A DNA stretch of 64,000 bases from the NCBI GenBank assembly GCA_013239625.1, contig MU053588.1:2242508-2306507 (forward strand), read 5' to 3'. Below, one piece after another: positions 46,390 through 64,000 of this stretch (the first letter of the stretch is position 1; every line of letters starts with the position of its first letter). The position numbers were made by a program, and so were the translations under genes. The notes beneath the pieces are model-generated. The model worked only from the letters and a program-made list of their open reading frames with translations, searched no databases and had not been told where the DNA came from. This DNA comes from Lama guanicoe (Eukaryota).

Positions 46390-46986
46390 TTAGGATCCTA
46401 GAATGATTTCCATGATGTGATCTAGTTCATTCCATTCCCAGGACCCTGGGGCACAGAAAAGGTTGTGAGGAGGCTCTGCTGGTGCCAGTGCGGGCTCCTT
46501 CTCCACTGTGGATGTGTCAATGTCCAGAAAGAAGTCATCCAGGCCAGAGTCCCCCAGGTACCGGGAGCTCAGAGCTTCTAAGAAGACTGGATCAGGCTGG
46601 GGCAGCACTTCATTCTGGGAGCCCGGGGGAGCCCCTGGATTCTGAGAGGGCTCGGTCTCGTCCATGGAGGTCTCGAGCTCCCTAAGAATAGAGCCGATGG
46701 TGGCTGACAGGGAGAAGTCCTCCTCACCCAGGAAGAGGGGTTCAGGAGGCAGGGCAGGTGCAGGAGTCAGGCAAAGAGCAGCTTGGAGCTGCTGGAGAGT
46801 GTTGTGGATGAGGACATGTCTGCGAAGGCTGGGTGCTCGGGGGCCCAAGCTTCGCTGGACTTTGTCTAGGGAGATGCGGAGCAGGGCTTGCTGGTAGCTC
46901 CGCAGGCCTGCCGGGCCCCAGGCCCACTTCTCATCCTCCTCTTCCTCCTCCAAATCCGAGTGTTTCCTCTTCAAGCCTCCTACCAT
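46390..46986 (-). CDS. SERTAD3: SERTA domain-containing protein 3 (RBT1), 198 aa, single coding exon
   Basis: Acceptor ctccacag| at 46993, ATG 6 nt later. MVGGLKRKHSDLEEEE..., SERTA domain ALLRISLDKVQRSLGPRAPSLRRHVLIHNTLQQL, ends ELDHIMEIILGS*. Confidence 0.96.
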   Translation of the reverse strand: MVGGLKRKHSDLEEEEEDEKWAWGPAGLRSYQQALLRISLDKVQRSLGPRAPSLRRHVLIHNTLQQLQAALCLTPAPALPPEPLFLGEEDFSLSATIGSILRELETSMDETEPSQNPGAPPGSQNEVLPQPDPVFLEALSSRYLGDSGLDDFFLDIDTSTVEKEPALAPAEPPHNLFCAPGSWEWNELDHIMEIILGS

Positions 46987-47749
46987 GATGCCCTGTGGAG
47001 AGAAGAGGGGCAAGTCAGATACAGCAGGGAGAGTTCAAATCCCAAATCTTCTGTATGGTTGTTGATTTGTAATGATCCAAACCTCAGTTTTTCCATCTAT
47101 AAAATGGAGACTGTATGACTCCCACAAGGCTAAGAAGGAGAGTAAATGTATGTGATTAAGAAAACAAGATCTGGGCTTAAACATAGCTGGGTTTGAATCC
47201 CACTTACTTGCCTGTGTGGCCTCAGATAGTGAATTTACCTCCATGAGACTCAATCTCCTCATCTACAAGATGAGAATCCTAACTCAAGCCCCTCTAAGTC
47301 TTAAAGCTAATCTTCCCACAATACTCTTCTTCAAATGGGACATACACAAGATAGGTGTTGGGTACAGAGACCTGGCCTGAAAGGAGCGAATCCTAGTTTG
47401 AATTCTGCCTTTCATGCTGCTCAGCTGTGGGTCTTGGGAAGTGATGTGACGTAACCTCTCTGGGCCTTAAGGGGATTGCAGAAATGTTCACCCTCGTTAG
47501 AAGATCCTAAGAGTGATATGCATAGACAGGGCCCACCACACAGGAAACACTTAATGAACAACAGTTAACTGCCATTTATTCATTCAATATTTCTATTCTA
47601 GAGTCTACGATATTCCAGCCACCTGGAACCCTGTTAGGGTACCTATCTGTGGAGACTCTCCTTTCACAGGGAAGATTATCTGCTCATGCCCTCTTCCTAA
47701 CTGACTGGGAGCGCTCCCAACAACCAGGAAGGGGACTTCCTCATTCCCT

Positions 47750-49510
47750 CTGCGGGTGCCTTCAGGTTCCCTCTGGCCGCGCCCCACAAGAAAACTTGCT
47801 GGAACACGACTCACGCCAAGTCCCGCCCCTACCGGCCCATCCCAACCAAACCTCGGCACCATGCAAGGATTCCCCGCTTGGCACCCAGACACGCCCCAAA
47901 TTGGCCCAGGGACTTCTGGGAAATGTGGGTCTATCGCCACCGGGCACACGCACTGACGTTGAGCGTGCACTACAATCCCCGGAAGGCTCCGCACGCCTCA
48001 GGGACGAACCTTCCCCACCCTCCCTCAGGGCATGCGCAGAGGAGCCTGGGGGTGGGTGGGGGAAGGGAACCCGGACGTCCAGCTGCCGGACGCCTGCCGA
48101 GCCCCGCCCTCCTTTGCCTCCAGGGCGGCGAGTCTGAGCTCCACGCCCTGAACACCCCTCCCCCACCCCAGACTCTGGCTCTAAAACTGCTTTCTCCCGG
48201 TCCTTCGGACCGCAGAAGGTCCTGGATTCTTCCCGCAAACTGCCCCCCGGGTCCTCAAAGACTTAACAATACTCTCCGACCCACTCCGTTCGGGACACTA
48301 GGTATCTCAATTTTGAGACCTTCCTCCGTCAATTTTCCACTATTCTCCCGTCTTTCAAATGCCTCTCGACTTCACCTCCAGTCTCCCCCTCTGTCTCCAA
48401 GACCTGACAGGGAACTCTCCCCAGCACCCCATCTCCGCCGCTGGGAGATCAAGAGTCCTTGCCCCCCCAGTCCTCTTGCTTCTCCAAATATCCGGGATCC
48501 CAGCCCAAACCTGCACACCTTTTCCAGAACACTAAAGCCCCGAATTCAGCCCGTCTCGGAGACCCAAAGTGTCCTAATCTCCAGATTCCCTGCCTCAAAA
48601 GTTCCTTCTCTAGTTCTCTCGCTTCTCCAAACACCCCATGTCTCAGCTTCAAACTCCTTCCCTTGAAGATCCTGCCCACCCCCAACTTCGCCTTTCGTCC
48701 AGGATCCTGAAACTCAGTCTCCGGTCCCTAACCTTCCCCCCAAACCCTATCATCACCCTTAATCTGCGCCCCTTACTCCCGCCGATATCCCGCCTCCACA
48801 ACTCTCGGGGGCGCGCCTCCACTTCCCCCAACCCAAGGCAGATCCCAAGCCAGGCAGCCACACCTCACCTCAACTGCCAGGTTCGCAATGACCACCTCCG
48901 GGGACGCCCGCAGCTCTTCGACCCTCCAGCACTGGGCAGGAGCCTCGCTCACCTCTCCGGGGCCTCTCGGTCTGGACTCAGGCCCACCCAGCTTCGCCCG
49001 GGAGCCGAACCGCGAGCCACGATTGGCTGGAGCCCTGCCCGCCGCTGGGGGCGGATTGGCTGGGCGGAGCCACCCACTGGTCTCCAGTAGACGCCCGACT
49101 CGCCCTTCCCTACAGTGCTCCGCGGACCATTTAAAGAATTCCGACTCTCTGGGAGTTGGAGGGCCAAGTCTCTAGGGTCGGGGGAGTATCAAAACTGTTT
49201 TCTTTCAACTCAACTACTGTCCTTGCTCCAAGATAGTCATCGTGGCTCTCTGCGATCCCTTTATACCAGACCTGGACCCCGTAGCGGAACAAGAGTGGCT
49301 GGCACTCCCCACCCGTACCGCTTTCCGGGAGGGCGGGGTTGAGCCTCTCGCGGATGCCGCACCCCTTGGTTTCCGAGGGCGGACGCTGCGGGGCGGAGAA
49401 TGACGCACTGAAGATCAGCCAATAGAGTGTCGCGGCCTATGTTGCTTGGGCGACTGCAGCCCCGCCCTTCGCCTCCCCTGTCCTCCCGCCCCCAGCGCTT
49501 CACCCCCGCA
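47750..49510. promoter_or_regulatory. CpG-rich SERTAD3 promoter region (two CpG clusters, about 47750-48300 and 48780-49510)
   Basis: CpG-dense, CCAAT motifs (49021, 49054, 49419), GC boxes; candidate minus-strand donors GAG|gtgagc at 48953 and GGC|gtgagt at 47815. Confidence 0.7.
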
Positions 49511-51472
49511 GCTCTCTTCTTATAAGGACTTCTCCTTAGCGTGTCTTCTGGTAGTTCCTCCTACCTCCTCCTGACGTCCCATCTCCCTTTCAGGTTGGCA
49601 CCCCTGCTGCTAGAAACTCGTTCGTGGCTCCTCACTGTCTTGGGGACAAAGTCCATACTCCTAATTTTTGCGTCAGACCTTCAGGTCTGGGCTGATACAC
49701 ACTCCTTATTCCCTACAGTCCTGCCACACAGATTGACTTTAAGTTTTTCTAAAATGACTTCAAGTGTTCTCCACCACCATGAACACAGAAATTCTGTCTT
49801 GTTTTCTTCCCTGTCTTATCCCTGGTGCCTACAAGACACATAGCAAGTACTCAAAAATGAGAAAAATAAAAGGCTTTTGGATCTTTAAACTTGTTTCCCC
49901 ATCCGGAAAATACACCGTTTCCAAGATGCCTCTCATCAGAACTAATCTCAAAGGATTCCTTCTCTCAGAAGCCTTCTCTGAGGATTTAAGGTAGGTTAGG
50001 ACCCATTCTGGTCTCCCATGGTGCCCTGTGCTTCGTCCAACGCGGCCTTGACCCCTCTGCCTGGGCCTCCCCCATCCTGGCCCCGGGCTGTCACTGTCTG
50101 GATTGTGGGCCCCCTGAGGACATGTACCAAAGTTATCTGGGTATCCCACTGCTTGGTTCCCAGCATCACCCAGTACAGAGCTGGACACAAAGCAGACGAC
50201 CAGTGAAAGTTTGTTAAATGCCCAGACAATGTGACAGAAATAAAGAGGGTGGAAATAAAAGTGCTAGTGTCTAGAAAGCCTGAACCAGTATTGCCCCACC
50301 CCCACAACAAGTTCTCACCAAGGGGAGGATGGTTTTCTCCAGGCCACTCCTGAGAAGGCTCCTCAGACTAGTTCTCACCGGTTGGAATTTGTCAACCAAG
50401 TTGTCCAGGTGTTTGCAGAAGCAGTAGATGATTGGAATGAATTCTTTGCGGGGTGGGGGTGGCATTGGGGGCTTAGGTGGGGGGAGGCTGGAGGTAGAGA
50501 GAGAGGAGTGGCTTGCTCAGGTCTGGGAAAGGTGTCTCTGGGGAGTAAAGGTGGGGGAGAGTAGATTCCCAAGAGGGGCATAATTAGGAAGAGACAATTC
50601 TTCCTCTTTCCCCTCCCAAACTTGCCCCTCCAGGGTTCTGGTCTCCCGGTGGCCCCACTGTAATCCCATCTCCAGGATACAGCCCCAGGCTTCTTTCTGG
50701 ATGCCTTTCTTCCTTCCCCAACCAACTGTCCACTCAGGCTCCTCCCACTCTCCTTTTTCTTCCTCAAGCCCTTTGGGCCCTCCTGGGTTCCTAGCCTCCA
50801 CTCTTTCATCCTTCCATTCACCTTCACACAGTAGCCAAGGGATGTTTTACAAAACACAGACCTGATTGTGCCCCCTCTCCAGCTCCACTCCTTGCAGAAA
50901 ACCTTTGACTAAAGCTCAGACTTTTTACAACGACCCTGTACAGTTAAAGAGTCCATGGGAACAGTCTCTTGGGGCTGATCGCTCCTCTCCTCTAAGCAAA
51001 GTATTATTAACTGTGGGGATAGATTTTAGTTCCTCAGAGGGGCCGTGTGCTCTCCTGCCTCCTGACCTTTGCTCACATGGTATCTTCTGCCCAGAATGCC
51101 ATCACTCCTTAGAACTTCCTGGGGGAGTCTCACCAAACCAGGTTTTGGGTGGGACATCCCCTCTTCCACAGAACCTTGTTTGCTCCTCAAGCTGGGCACC
51201 TCAGCCCTCTGAGCTTCCTCCATCAGAGCCCTGGCCACTCTATGTTGTCACTGTTAGAGGCAGGGCTGTCTTCCCTGCTGGACTGTGAGATCCTTGAAGG
51301 CAGAATCACCACTGGGTTCCCAGCACAGAACCAGGCAAGGACATGAATGAATGAATACCCAGAAAATCTTACACGGAGGAAGACAGAGACACTGAGAAGC
51401 CCAGACAGAGCCAGAGAGAGGAAGAGTCACAGAGTTACTCCTCTGGAATAATTTGAAGCTCTTGGCTCAAGA

Positions 51473-51478
51473 TTTATT
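51473..51478 (-). terminator. BLVRB polyadenylation signal AATAAA
   Basis: tttatt on + strand 60 nt beyond the stop. Confidence 0.85.
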
Positions 51479-51537
51479 GCTCCCTTCCTTTGTTCTCTAC
51501 CTCCCAGGACGCTGTCCTCCCGGACAGGGCGACAGCC

Positions 51538-63720
<12,183 letters not shown>

Positions 63721-64000
63721 GGCCAGGAGGCTGATCCCAGACTTACTCTATGTCCCAGGGTCTCCTCGAGGCTATCAGGGGAGAATGTGAGGGAGAATAG
63801 TGTAGGTGTGTGAGTGCAACATGGTGTAACTGCGTATCTGTGTGCCCATGTGACCCTGTGTGACTCTGTGAATAATTAAGGGAGAGCATGGTTGTGGATG
63901 ACACCATGTGCCACCCTCTGTGTGTAACACTGTATTACAGTGTAAGATTGTGTGTGACACCACGTGTGGCAGGCATTGATGCTGTCCTTGTGTTACCTTG

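Overview
Mammalian genomic DNA, not prokaryotic. Nine copies of a tRNA-derived SINE resembling the camelid Vic-1 family suggest a camelid. The window holds the conserved block PLD3(+), HIPK4(-), PRX(-), SERTAD1(-), SERTAD3(-), BLVRB(-), syntenic to human 19q13.2. All six coding sequences were reconstructed exon by exon from splice sites and are intact: PLD3 490 aa, HIPK4 615 aa, L-periaxin 1403 aa and S-periaxin 147 aa, SERTAD1 237-238 aa, SERTAD3 198 aa, BLVRB 206 aa. The rest is introns, CpG islands and interspersed repeats (SINE, MIR, L1, L2, MLT1, MER3, MER5A). I found no evidence of a wholly new multi-gene system. The most notable observations are: (1) the 5'UTR exons of PRX are stop-free and in frame, and join a distal ATG exon to give a 95-aa N-terminal extension with a Cys-containing start; (2) BLVRB needs a 46-nt intron and a GC-AG intron; (3) back-to-back poly(A) signals and a GCATG-rich block lie between convergent PLD3 and HIPK4; (4) a 65-bp direct repeat brackets HIPK4 exon 3; (5) a 54-bp young L1 tail places an AATAAA in PRX intron 5. 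Repeat family names are from recognition by eye, not a database search.
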